NCBI GenBank assembly: GCA_016200135.1
Contig: JACQFI010000030.1
Location: forward strand, 8,656-72,655
Direction of reading: 5' to 3'
Length of the DNA: 64,000 nucleotides
From: Planctomycetota bacterium
Lineage (GTDB): Bacteria > Planctomycetota > SZUA-567 > H5-PLA8
Each line of letters opens with the position of its first letter. Positions within the stretch are counted from its first letter, which is position 1. Both the position numbers and the translations under genes were made by a program. The notes beneath the pieces are model-generated. The model saw nothing but the letters and a program-made list of their open reading frames with translations, did not search any database and was not told where the DNA came from. Positions 27,456 through 35,888 of this stretch are shown in pieces.

Positions 27456-29233
27456 ATACCGAAATGAACGACCAGTTGCGTGAACTCATGATGGACGTGC
27501 TCTCCGGGGAGGCCTCGGAAGGCCGGCGCGCGGAATGGCAGGCGTTGCTCGATGCCGACCCGGCATTACGCGCTCGTTTCGAAGCACAGCAAGCTACGTG
27601 GAATGCCCTGTCCAGATTGGAGGCTGCCATGCCGACGGAATCGACCGAGCGCCACTTGGAAAAGCAGGTTTTATCCGCCGTACAGAACGAATTGGGGAAG
27701 GCCGCTGCGCCGGAAGTCCGTACGGCGGACCGGAAGGCTTCCGGACCGGCTGTTCGAACGCCTTCCCGCAGGCTGACGTTCATCCTGGAAGCCGCGGCGG
27801 TCGTGCTCGCGGCGGTCCTGGCCTGTTCCGCGTGGATCGCCTATCACAACCCGAAAAACACGACGCAAAAGGAAGAGCTTCCCAAGAAGGACCTCGCCAC
27901 GCCACTCGATGCCAAGGTGCTGCTCGCGCTGAACGACCCTGAAGACCCTTGGAAAGCCGAGATCCGCAAGAGACTCTCACGTCACGTCTCGTTTGAGTTT
28001 GTGGATACGCCCCTAGAAGAGGCCATCGCTTTTTTGGACAGTCTGACAAAGGTCAATTTCATTCTCGATCCAAAGGCTTCCGCAAAGGGCGACGGAAAAA
28101 TTCCGATCACGCTGCGCGTAGCGGATATGGAATTGGAGACGGCGCTGGCCTGGATCCTGCGGCTCGCCAACATGGAGTACGACCTGCGCAATCAAGCGGT
28201 GTTTATTTTCAGACCAGACCCTGTCATGCCGAAGGCAACCGCCCAGGCACAGTCCTTGCCGGAGGCCATCCAAGCCAAAATGAGCCGCAAGATTACGTTA
28301 GATTTCAAAGATACGCCTCTCGACGAAGCCATATCCTTCCTTCGCAGTTTGACCAACATCACGATCATCCTCGATCCCAAACTCCAGCAGGCGGGCACAA
28401 CTGGAATCTCACTGGCCGTTAAGGATCTGCCCATAGGTGAAGTGCTAAAGAAAATCTTGGAGAAGGCGAACGCGAAGAGCGTATGGCTGGATAACGCCTT
28501 GTACATCACCGGAACCGAAATCCAGCCCGGCGAGGTTCCGAAACAGAATTTAGGTTCCATCCATCTCTATGCCGCGCCTCAATGGCCTGAGAAGATCAAG
28601 ACTGTGTTTGACCGCAAGGTGACCTTCGAATTCGTGGACTCGCCACTTGATGAAACGCTGAAGTTTATAAGTTCCTTGACCGGCGTCAGCATTGAGGAGG
28701 ATCCGGTCGTCTCGAAGAATGGCCAACCCCGTATAAACCTGCGCGTAACAAACATGTCGGCGGGTTTGGCGCTGGAATGGATTATGAAACTTGCAGACGC
28801 GCGAAGTTACGTGAAGGACGGCAAAATCGTGGTTGCAGCCAGGCTTCTGGAGCTAAATGAATCTCTGCCCAAGCAGTCGAGCCTTGAAGATCGCTTGGCC
28901 GCGTTGGCGATCCTTGAGACGCCCCGGCTGACGCGCAAGGCCCTGCTGGAGGTGATCGCGCGGGATGCGGGCATCGATCTGGACCTCAGCGCCTTGCCGC
29001 CCGAGTTGGCTGGAGAGGCCGTGAATGCGCCCTCGGAAGAAGTCCCCGTCGCCCGCTTTCTGGCTCGAGCGGTGTTGCACGCCAATCCCGTCCTCGTGGT
29101 GGAACGGAAAGGCGCGAAGCTGTTCGTTCGGCCGGCCGGCGCGGGCGAGACTCCCACCGTGGATGTGCAAGATGCTCCAGCCGCCAAGTCCGTTTCGCAA
29201 AAGCCCGCGCCTCCGCCCCAGGAAGACTTTTAG
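27452..29233 (+). CDS. anti-sigma-like membrane protein with three or four STN/secretin-N-like repeats
   Basis: The N-terminal ~60 aa form a helical anti-sigma-like domain. TM helix LTFILEAAAVVLAAVLACSAWIAY. Followed by repeated ~85-aa modules (VSFEFVDTPLEEAIAFLDSLTKVNFILDP / ITLDFKDTPLDEAISFLRSLTNITIILDP / VTFEFVDSPLDETLKFISSLTGVSIEEDP). Confidence 0.75.
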   Translation: MNTEMNDQLRELMMDVLSGEASEGRRAEWQALLDADPALRARFEAQQATWNALSRLEAAMPTESTERHLEKQVLSAVQNELGKAAAPEVRTADRKASGPAVRTPSRRLTFILEAAAVVLAAVLACSAWIAYHNPKNTTQKEELPKKDLATPLDAKVLLALNDPEDPWKAEIRKRLSRHVSFEFVDTPLEEAIAFLDSLTKVNFILDPKASAKGDGKIPITLRVADMELETALAWILRLANMEYDLRNQAVFIFRPDPVMPKATAQAQSLPEAIQAKMSRKITLDFKDTPLDEAISFLRSLTNITIILDPKLQQAGTTGISLAVKDLPIGEVLKKILEKANAKSVWLDNALYITGTEIQPGEVPKQNLGSIHLYAAPQWPEKIKTVFDRKVTFEFVDSPLDETLKFISSLTGVSIEEDPVVSKNGQPRINLRVTNMSAGLALEWIMKLADARSYVKDGKIVVAARLLELNESLPKQSSLEDRLAALAILETPRLTRKALLEVIARDAGIDLDLSALPPELAGEAVNAPSEEVPVARFLARAVLHANPVLVVERKGAKLFVRPAGAGETPTVDVQDAPAAKSVSQKPAPPPQEDF

Positions 29234-29265
29234 GTTGTAACGTTCCTTGCGGTTCCACGGCAAAG

Positions 29266-29295
29266 AAGACCGGGCCAGGGTGCCCGGTCTTTTTT
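29266..29295 (+). terminator. rho-independent terminator after the anti-sigma gene
   Basis: 9-bp stem AAGACCGGG / CCCGGTCTT, 8-nt loop, then a T-tract (TTTTTT). Lies 33 nt after the stop at 29233. Confidence 0.85.
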
Positions 29296-29317
29296 GTTGG
29301 CCGGCGTGTCCTTGCGC

Positions 29318-30496
29318 ATGGACAAGGCCCGCGCCCTCCGCTACACCGATGGAACGGCCGCCTGCGCGCGCCCGCGGGAGACGCGTTTCGTGGCACGCTA
29401 CAGCGGCGAAGTGGTGTATCTTTTTGCCTACGACATTGCGTATGAAATGTCGCGGGAGCCGGTGCGCGAGATCTTCGGCCAGCAGCCGACGCCCTTCGCC
29501 ATCGACGCCAGCAAGCACGCTCCGCGGCAGCTCTTTTCCTACCGTCCGCGCATGTTCAAACTTCCGGCGGTGGAGAAGACAGGCCCGCGGGGACCGCTGC
29601 GCCTGGATTGCAGCCTGAAGATCCTGCAGGTCGGCGCGATCAGCATCAGCGTGCGCATGCCCTTCGAGGCCGACCGGCTGGAAGACCTCGTGACCTGCCA
29701 CGATCTCAAGCTTAGCAACGGCACGCTCAGCGAGCATATCCTTCAGATTGCGGAGAACGTCCGGAAACAACTCCTGCCTTACCTCAATCGGCCTGTCGAG
29801 AAACTCTCCGAGGCCGAGGCCTACACGGTCTTCTGCCTCAAAGCGCCGCTGCCGCTCGACGCCGCAACCGGCAATCCGATGGGGGCCGAACCTTGGCTGC
29901 AGGCGCACCGGCGCTCCATTGCGGCGCTGCTTACGCAGGAATCCGACGCGCAGCACCTCTCGGAACAGGAAGCCCTCGAATCCACCGGCCGGTTCCTGAG
30001 CTACTACGACCACGATCTGGTGGTCATGGACTGGGACGCCGCGCTCGTTGTCGATCAGGCGCAGTTCTTCGACGAGACGCTCTACATCCTGGAATTGGCC
30101 AACCTGCATCTGGCCGAACTCAAGGCCTACGACCGGCACCTGGACGACGCGCTGGACCGGTCGTACCGCGACCTGGCGGCCTCACCACTGCGCAGCCGGC
30201 AGAAGATGCTGCGGCAACTGCAGGAGATCTGCGTCGACATGGCCCGCTTCAGCGACGAGATGTCGAACATCACCAAATTTTTCGGCGATTGGCATCTTGC
30301 CCGGGTCTACGAAGGCATTGCCGCGCGCTTTCACCTGCAGGATTGGAGCAAGATCGTAGACGAAAAGCTTCGGACGCTAGGCGAGCTATACGATATGCTG
30401 CAGAACGAACAGAATCACCGCTGGATCATGATCCTCGAGGTTGGAATGGTTCTCTTGTTCATACTGGACCTCATCCTCTTGGTTATTGTGAAGTAA
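29318..30496 (+). CDS. hypothetical protein with C-terminal TM helix (tentatively DUF155/RMND1-like)
   Basis: Start moved to ATG 29318 because 29294 lies inside the terminator. Soluble ~360-aa domain, then NHRWIMILEVGMVLLFILDLILLVIV at the extreme C-terminus. The family call rests on general resemblance only. Confidence 0.55.
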   Translation: MDKARALRYTDGTAACARPRETRFVARYSGEVVYLFAYDIAYEMSREPVREIFGQQPTPFAIDASKHAPRQLFSYRPRMFKLPAVEKTGPRGPLRLDCSLKILQVGAISISVRMPFEADRLEDLVTCHDLKLSNGTLSEHILQIAENVRKQLLPYLNRPVEKLSEAEAYTVFCLKAPLPLDAATGNPMGAEPWLQAHRRSIAALLTQESDAQHLSEQEALESTGRFLSYYDHDLVVMDWDAALVVDQAQFFDETLYILELANLHLAELKAYDRHLDDALDRSYRDLAASPLRSRQKMLRQLQEICVDMARFSDEMSNITKFFGDWHLARVYEGIAARFHLQDWSKIVDEKLRTLGELYDMLQNEQNHRWIMILEVGMVLLFILDLILLVIVK

Positions 30497-30781
30497 AATA
30501 TGTATTTGTTTAGGTATGGCGATTTCAAGTTTTGTCGGATTCAATGTTTCCAGGCCATGGCTACAATCGAGTTCAAGACTGTGTTCCGAACCGGAGCGGA
30601 GAAACGGAACTAAGTGCTTGACAGCACCCGCGAAGGGTCCTAAGACTTCAGGGCCACCACATAAGCAGGCCTTTTTGGGCCGAACGGGAAGCCTCCTGAC
30701 CGAAAACGAGGTGCGTTAAGGAACATTGCGCATTAGAATCGTGGTCTACCACAATCTGGCAAGGAGCGCCTGACAAGCCTT

Positions 30782-31912
30782 ATGGGCCTATTTGACTTCC
30801 TCTTTAGCAGCAGCGGCAAGATTAAGAGCCTCGAAGCTCAGCTTCGGGTTCGGCCCACGCCACAGCTCTATCTTCAGTTGGCCGATGCCTATAAGGAATC
30901 GGGCAACATGGCCAAGGCCGCCCAGGTGCTTAAGCTGGGTGTCTCGCGCTTCCCCAGCGCTCCCGAGATCAGCCGGCGGCAGGCCGAGGCCGAGAAGGTC
31001 GAGCGCGAGAGCGAGAAGAAGCGCCTCACCGACAAGATTCAGACCCATCCGAACCCGATCCTCTACGCCCGGCTTGCGGAACTCTACAAGGCCGACAACG
31101 AGATCGAGAAGACCATCCAGATCTGCCAGGCCGGCATCAAGGCCTTCCCCAAGTACGGCGGCACGTACCTGGTGCTGGGCCAGATCTACATCGAGAAACA
31201 GAAGTGGGACGAGGCGCTCTCGCAGCTCGAGAAGTCCGTCGAGCTCGATAAGTACAACTACATGGCCCTCAAGCTGCTTGCCCAAGTGTACATGCAGGCC
31301 AACCGGCCCGCGGATGCCGCGCGCAAGTTCGAAGACATCCTTTACTTCGCGCCGGGCGACGAGGCCATCCTGGAACTGCTCAAGAAGGCGCGTGAGGCCG
31401 CGGGCGTGCCGGCGACGGCGCCCGACAGCACGGCGATCGCTCGCGAAGCGGCGATCTCCGGAGGACGCAAGGCCGTCGACCCGGGCGTCTCGGGCGGCCG
31501 CAAGACCATCATGCTGGGCCGTCTGGCCGATCAGCAGGCCGGCACCGCGACCAGCATGCGCGACAAGACGCTCAACGACGGCATTCTGGCGTTGCGCGGC
31601 GTCGAAGGGGTGAACGGCGCGATTCTGGTCGATCAGTTCGGCCTGGTGGTTGCGGCGAACCTCGATGCCTCGATCGACGAGGGCCTCGCCGGCGCGCTGA
31701 TCACGAACGTGTACCGCACCGCGAGCAGCAACGCGGTAAAGCTCAACGTGGGCCAGTTCGAAGAAGGCATTATCGAAGGCGAGACGGGCAACGTTCACAT
31801 TGTCCAGTTCGGCGACATGATCCTGGCCGTATTCGCGCAGACGAACGTGAAGATGGGCCTGCTCGAAAAGACGATTCGCGATTTCTCGATGGCCGTGCAG
31901 GAACGCCACTAA
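30782..31912 (+). CDS. TPR-repeat protein with C-terminal Roadblock/LC7 (MglB-like) domain
   Basis: About four TPR units at the N-terminus (LYLQLADAYKESGNMAKAAQVLKLGV..., YLVLGQIYIEKQKWDEALSQLEKSVELD...). C-terminal Roadblock signature (LRGVEGVNGAILVDQFGLVVAANLD...GNVHIVQFGDMILAVFAQTNVKMGLL). Confidence 0.75.
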   Translation: MGLFDFLFSSSGKIKSLEAQLRVRPTPQLYLQLADAYKESGNMAKAAQVLKLGVSRFPSAPEISRRQAEAEKVERESEKKRLTDKIQTHPNPILYARLAELYKADNEIEKTIQICQAGIKAFPKYGGTYLVLGQIYIEKQKWDEALSQLEKSVELDKYNYMALKLLAQVYMQANRPADAARKFEDILYFAPGDEAILELLKKAREAAGVPATAPDSTAIAREAAISGGRKAVDPGVSGGRKTIMLGRLADQQAGTATSMRDKTLNDGILALRGVEGVNGAILVDQFGLVVAANLDASIDEGLAGALITNVYRTASSNAVKLNVGQFEEGIIEGETGNVHIVQFGDMILAVFAQTNVKMGLLEKTIRDFSMAVQERH

Positions 31913-31933
31913 CCGACGGGAGCCGCGCAAGGC

Positions 31934-32281
31934 ATGCGAGCGATCCTGACGCAGTTGAATAAAGTGCAGGGCGTACGTGGATCGATGGTGATCAACCACG
32001 ATGGCATCGTCGTGGCCGGCGAGTTCGCCGACGACGTGGACGAGCAGGGCGTCGGCGCGGTGGCGTCTTCGCTGCTCGCCGCCCTGGAAGGCGCGGTCAA
32101 GCGCATCAATCTCGGCCGCCTGAACCGCTTCGTGCTCACCGGCAACGAGAACAAGGCCGTCGTCGTAGACACCGGCCCGGCGCTGCTCTTCGTACTGCTG
32201 CACCGCGATGCCAACATGGGCCTGCTGAACGTCGAGATTCGCGAGGCCGCGAAGCAGGTCGTCACGCAGGCCAAGATGTAG
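31934..32281 (+). CDS. Roadblock/LC7 (MglB-like) domain protein
   Basis: 115 aa (LNKVQGVRGSMVINHDGIVVAGEF...NRFVLTGNENKAVVVDTGPALLFVLLHRDANMGLL). Lies 21 bp after the preceding gene. Confidence 0.8.
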   Translation: MRAILTQLNKVQGVRGSMVINHDGIVVAGEFADDVDEQGVGAVASSLLAALEGAVKRINLGRLNRFVLTGNENKAVVVDTGPALLFVLLHRDANMGLLNVEIREAAKQVVTQAKM

Positions 32282-32526
32282 CGCTGCAAGCCCTTCCGTA
32301 ACCGAATCACTTCAAACTTTCGCGCTTTCGACTGCAAAACCCAAGTGGCGCGCAGGCGCGTCGTGGCTTAATATCCAACGGACTCTCGACGTTTGGACTC
32401 CCTGCCCGCCAGCGCGCAAGCGTCTGTGCCGCTTGCGTCTTGAAGCCCCCGTGGGGATGGCCCGGGATCGCATCGTGAACGAAGCGTGGCTCATCAGCGA
32501 CATGGACTGGCTCCGCGGGGGACGAC

Positions 32527-34866
32527 ATGAGCGCGCCCCCTGAAGCGGCCGTCCCCGCTACCGTCGACGATCACGATTACCGCACCGGACCCAAACTTGA
32601 CGCCCAGGCACTCGACCGGATGGCCGGCATCGGCCGCACCGGGACGCAGTCGCCGACGTGGCGCGGCTGGTTTGTAGGGGTCGCCTTCGTCGCCTTTCTG
32701 GCCATGTCCACGCCTTATATCGAGATGGTTCTGAACGGCAGCCTGCTGACCATGAACCTGCTGCCGGTCGGCCCGATGATCCTGCTCTTCATGATGCTCC
32801 TGGTTCAGACGGTGCTCCACGCATCTTCGGTAAGGCTCGGCCTCTCGCGCGAGGACCTCACCATGGCCACCTGCATGGCCATGGTCAGCGCCTCGCTCTC
32901 GGGATACGGCTACGTCACGTACCTCACGGGCGCGATGTCCGGCATGACTCACGCGCGGCCGGAGAACCGCTGGAACGAGTACATCCTGCCGTATCTGCCG
33001 AATTGGCTCTGCCCGCACGACCCGGCCGACCCGAACTCGCTCGATCCGCGCCCGGTGGAATGGTTTATGAGCGGCCTGCCGCCCGGCAAGGAAGCGCCGT
33101 GGAGCGCCTGGATGATCCCGTACGCCTACTGGGCGCTCATGGCGCTGTGCGTCTTCGGGATGATGTTCGCGATCTGCTCCATCCTGCGGAAACAGTGGGC
33201 CGACCGCGAACGGCTCCCCTTCCCGCTGGCGCAAGTGCCGCTGGAAATGATCGAGGGCATGCCGGGCACGCTCGAGAAGCGCAAACCCTTCCTGCGCGAT
33301 CCCATGGCCCTGGCCGGCATGGCTATCCCATTTGTGCTGCATAGCTGGAACTCGCTCGCCACCTACATCGCCAACTGGCCCGAGATCCCTCTGCGCTTCC
33401 GCTATCTCAACATCAAGTACATGAGCGAGCCGCCGTGGAAGGCGCTGGGGCCGCTGCACGTCTACATTTTTCCCGCCGTGATCGGCCTCACGTACCTCAT
33501 CTCCTTGGAGGTCTCGTTCAGCATCTGGTTCTTCTACCTGTTGATGAAGATCTGTGCGTTCATCGCCGTGCAGATGGGCCTGGGGAGCACGCACGAGGAC
33601 TTTTACGAAGTGGGCGGGCACAAGGGCTTCATGATCGACCAGGGCGGCGGCGCGCTGATCGCGATGGTGCTCTTCGGCTTCTGGATGACCCGCAGTCATC
33701 TGGCGGACGTGTTCCTGCGCGCGATTGGCAAGCGCCCGATCGACGAGGAAGAGGACGAGGGCCTGTCCGCGCGCGGCTCCCTCATTCTATTTTCTGTCTG
33801 CTTTATCGGCGCGGTCGTGTGGCTGACGGCGGCGGGCGTGGGCCTGGGCTTTGCCCTGCTGGTGGTCATCAGCCTGATGGTGATCGTGACGGGCGTGACG
33901 AGGCTGGCCTGCGAAGGCGGCCTCTTTTACGTCCAGTCGCAGATCTCGCCGGAAGAGATCCTGAACGTGGCCTTTACGCCGATGGGGCTCGGGCCGCACA
34001 CCGTGGTCCCGCTGGGGATGTGGTCGCGCGTTTTCGTCTTCGACTGGGGCCGCACCTCGCCGATGCCGTCCATGATGCACGCGCTCAAACTCTCCTCCGA
34101 CCTGAAAGTGCGCAAGCGCCCGATCGTGGCCGGCATGGCGCTCTCCCTCGTGCTGGCCCTCGTTCTCGGTTTCTATTCGTTCATGAATATGGCCTTCCAT
34201 CACGGGGCCCGGCAGTTCGAAGGCGGGAGTTCCTGGACCATGGGCGTGTTGCCCGACGACGATTTCAAACGCAGCGCGGGGAAGGTCGCGCAGATCCTCG
34301 CCCTTGACAGCACGTACGACAAGAGTTTTGGGGCGATCGCGGTCGCGCAAAATCTGGTCTCGAAGGAAGCCGTGGACAGGGCCACCACCGCAGCCGCGGA
34401 GGCGCGCAAGCGCGGCGAACGCATCCATCTGCCCGACGTGCTCGTGCGCGACAACCTTATGACCCCCGATAAAGTCCGCGAGATTCTCAACAACAACACG
34501 ATCGTCCAGGATTCACAACTGCCACCGAGCGCGGTCTACGACTACAAGCGCATCTTCTGGTTGATCCTGGGCGGCGTGCTGATGGTGGTCTTCATGCTGC
34601 TGCGCACGCGCATCTTCTGGTGGCCGCATCCCATCGGCTACGTGACGTGGATGCACCCGGCCCCCATGGAAAAACTCTGGTTCCCCATCTTCCTCGGCTG
34701 GTTTCTGAAGTGGTCCATCACCCAGTACGGTGGATTCCGCGTGTACATGCTCCTGCGCCGGACCTTTATCGGCTTGGTGGTGGGGGAGATGGCCGCCGCG
34801 GGGTTCTGGATCGCCGTCGCCTGGCTCACCGGCACCAAGGGCGCGTACCCCATTCATATCAACTGA
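32527..34866 (+). CDS. large polytopic membrane protein of unknown function (12 or more TM segments)
   Basis: 779 aa with many hydrophobic helices and Trp/Tyr-rich interfaces. Has one ~70-aa soluble insert near residue 600. It resembles the uncharacterised DUF6785/DUF6784-type proteins of PVC/Armatimonadota genomes, from memory and unverified. Confidence 0.7.
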   Translation: MSAPPEAAVPATVDDHDYRTGPKLDAQALDRMAGIGRTGTQSPTWRGWFVGVAFVAFLAMSTPYIEMVLNGSLLTMNLLPVGPMILLFMMLLVQTVLHASSVRLGLSREDLTMATCMAMVSASLSGYGYVTYLTGAMSGMTHARPENRWNEYILPYLPNWLCPHDPADPNSLDPRPVEWFMSGLPPGKEAPWSAWMIPYAYWALMALCVFGMMFAICSILRKQWADRERLPFPLAQVPLEMIEGMPGTLEKRKPFLRDPMALAGMAIPFVLHSWNSLATYIANWPEIPLRFRYLNIKYMSEPPWKALGPLHVYIFPAVIGLTYLISLEVSFSIWFFYLLMKICAFIAVQMGLGSTHEDFYEVGGHKGFMIDQGGGALIAMVLFGFWMTRSHLADVFLRAIGKRPIDEEEDEGLSARGSLILFSVCFIGAVVWLTAAGVGLGFALLVVISLMVIVTGVTRLACEGGLFYVQSQISPEEILNVAFTPMGLGPHTVVPLGMWSRVFVFDWGRTSPMPSMMHALKLSSDLKVRKRPIVAGMALSLVLALVLGFYSFMNMAFHHGARQFEGGSSWTMGVLPDDDFKRSAGKVAQILALDSTYDKSFGAIAVAQNLVSKEAVDRATTAAAEARKRGERIHLPDVLVRDNLMTPDKVREILNNNTIVQDSQLPPSAVYDYKRIFWLILGGVLMVVFMLLRTRIFWWPHPIGYVTWMHPAPMEKLWFPIFLGWFLKWSITQYGGFRVYMLLRRTFIGLVVGEMAAAGFWIAVAWLTGTKGAYPIHIN

Positions 34867-34921
34867 GAGCGCAGAGGTCAGGGAACGGGGATTGGAAACG
34901 AGTTCCTTGTCCTCCGTTCGC

Positions 34922-34957
34922 AAAAAACAAAACCGCCGGGCGTAAAGCCCGGCGGTT
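34922..34957 (-). terminator. rho-independent terminator downstream of tRNA-Phe
   Basis: Perfect 11-bp stem AACCGCCGGGC / GCCCGGCGGTT with a 5-nt loop. On the minus strand it is followed by TTTTGTTTTTTG. Confidence 0.85.
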
Positions 34958-34966
34958 CTATCGAGA

Positions 34967-35042
34967 TGGTGCCAAGGGCCAGAATTGAACTGGCGACACC
35001 CACATTTTCAGTGTGGTGCTCTACCAACTGAGCTACCTTGGC
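34967..35042 (-). tRNA. tRNA-Phe (anticodon GAA), CCA encoded
   Basis: The reverse complement GCCAAGGTAGCTCAGTTGGTAGAGCACCACACTGAAAATGTGGGTGTCGCCAGTTCAATTCTGGCCCTTGGCACCA folds into a canonical cloverleaf. Acceptor 7 bp, D-stem GCTC/GAGC, anticodon stem CCACA/TGTGG with loop CTGAAAA, T-stem GCCAG/CTGGC. Confidence 0.97.
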
Positions 35043-35117
35043 GGAAGATTGTTGAGTCCCGCGCAGATATCCATACCCGTCGCCCCGGCGCGCGTCAAGC
35101 GCGTGGCCGGGAGGCGT

Positions 35118-35873
35118 TCAGGGCGCGGCGGCCGCCTTGGCGGACTCAGCGGACTTCTCCGCGGGCGGCGTCTTGGCGCCGACGACCTCGAATTCAACCG
35201 CAGGAGTCTGCAAGGGGTGGCTGTAAACCCCCAGCGCGATCGCGTTAAGCGCCATCTGGCGGCAGAACGTGCTGGGGTCGTATTGGACGTGCAGGCTGTA
35301 CTTGCCCGGCCGCGAGAGATCGAGCGGCGGATTCAGCGCCACGGGGATGCTCAGCTTTTCGCCCGGGTTGAGGTAGGCGAGAAAAAAGCGAATGGGCTTC
35401 GGCGCGCGCGGATCATGCGGAGGCACCGGCGGGAGGGCATCCCTTGGGATGTCAATCTTCTCCGGTTTGGCCTTGCCATCGGGTCCAAGATAGTCGACTT
35501 GAGGCTCGATCAGACTCGAGGGCCAGGGCGTATATAGAATGCGGACGCTCGCCGCGCCGTCGTTGGTGATGAGCAGTTCCGCCAGCACGAGCTTGTGCGC
35601 GTCGCTAACTTCGGAAACGCTGAGCGTCACCGGGGTCAACCTCACGACGGCAGCGAGTTTGGCCACCGGCGCCTGAACGGGAACGGCGGGACCGGTTCCG
35701 TTGGTAAGGGAAGATCCGGAAGGCGGCTCGTTCTTGTGGAACTCCGGCGAGACAAAGTCGCCGTAATCATGATAGTAGTAGATGTAAACGCCATAGATGA
35801 GCATGGCGGAAATCGGCACGCCGACGAAGACAATATAGAATACGTTGCCAGGTTTGCCGGGTTTGTTCGGCAT
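35118..35873 (-). CDS. hypothetical membrane-anchored protein
   Basis: N-terminal TM helix (VFYIVFVGVPISAMLIYGVYIYYY) followed by a beta-rich ~200-aa domain. Starts 16 bp after the kinase stop, so probably co-transcribed. Confidence 0.6.
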   Translation of the reverse strand: MPNKPGKPGNVFYIVFVGVPISAMLIYGVYIYYYHDYGDFVSPEFHKNEPPSGSSLTNGTGPAVPVQAPVAKLAAVVRLTPVTLSVSEVSDAHKLVLAELLITNDGAASVRILYTPWPSSLIEPQVDYLGPDGKAKPEKIDIPRDALPPVPPHDPRAPKPIRFFLAYLNPGEKLSIPVALNPPLDLSRPGKYSLHVQYDPSTFCRQMALNAIALGVYSHPLQTPAVEFEVVGAKTPPAEKSAESAKAAAAP

Positions 35874-35888
35874 GCGGGCGCTCCCGGG

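Noticed and set aside
30617-30646. Sigma-70-type promoter upstream of the TPR-Roadblock gene (perfect TTGACA, 17-bp spacer, TAAGAC)
   Set aside because: The -35 hexamer is perfect but the -10 candidate lacks the invariant final T. Promoter consensus for this lineage is unknown, so the evidence is too weak to list as a feature.
28853-33699. Long minus-strand ORFs (28853..30139, 30788..32203, 32494..33699)
   Set aside because: All are antisense to plus-strand genes with recognisable domains (anti-sigma repeats, TPR/Roadblock, polytopic membrane protein). Their translations are dominated by Arg, Ala, Gly, Asp, His and Val runs.
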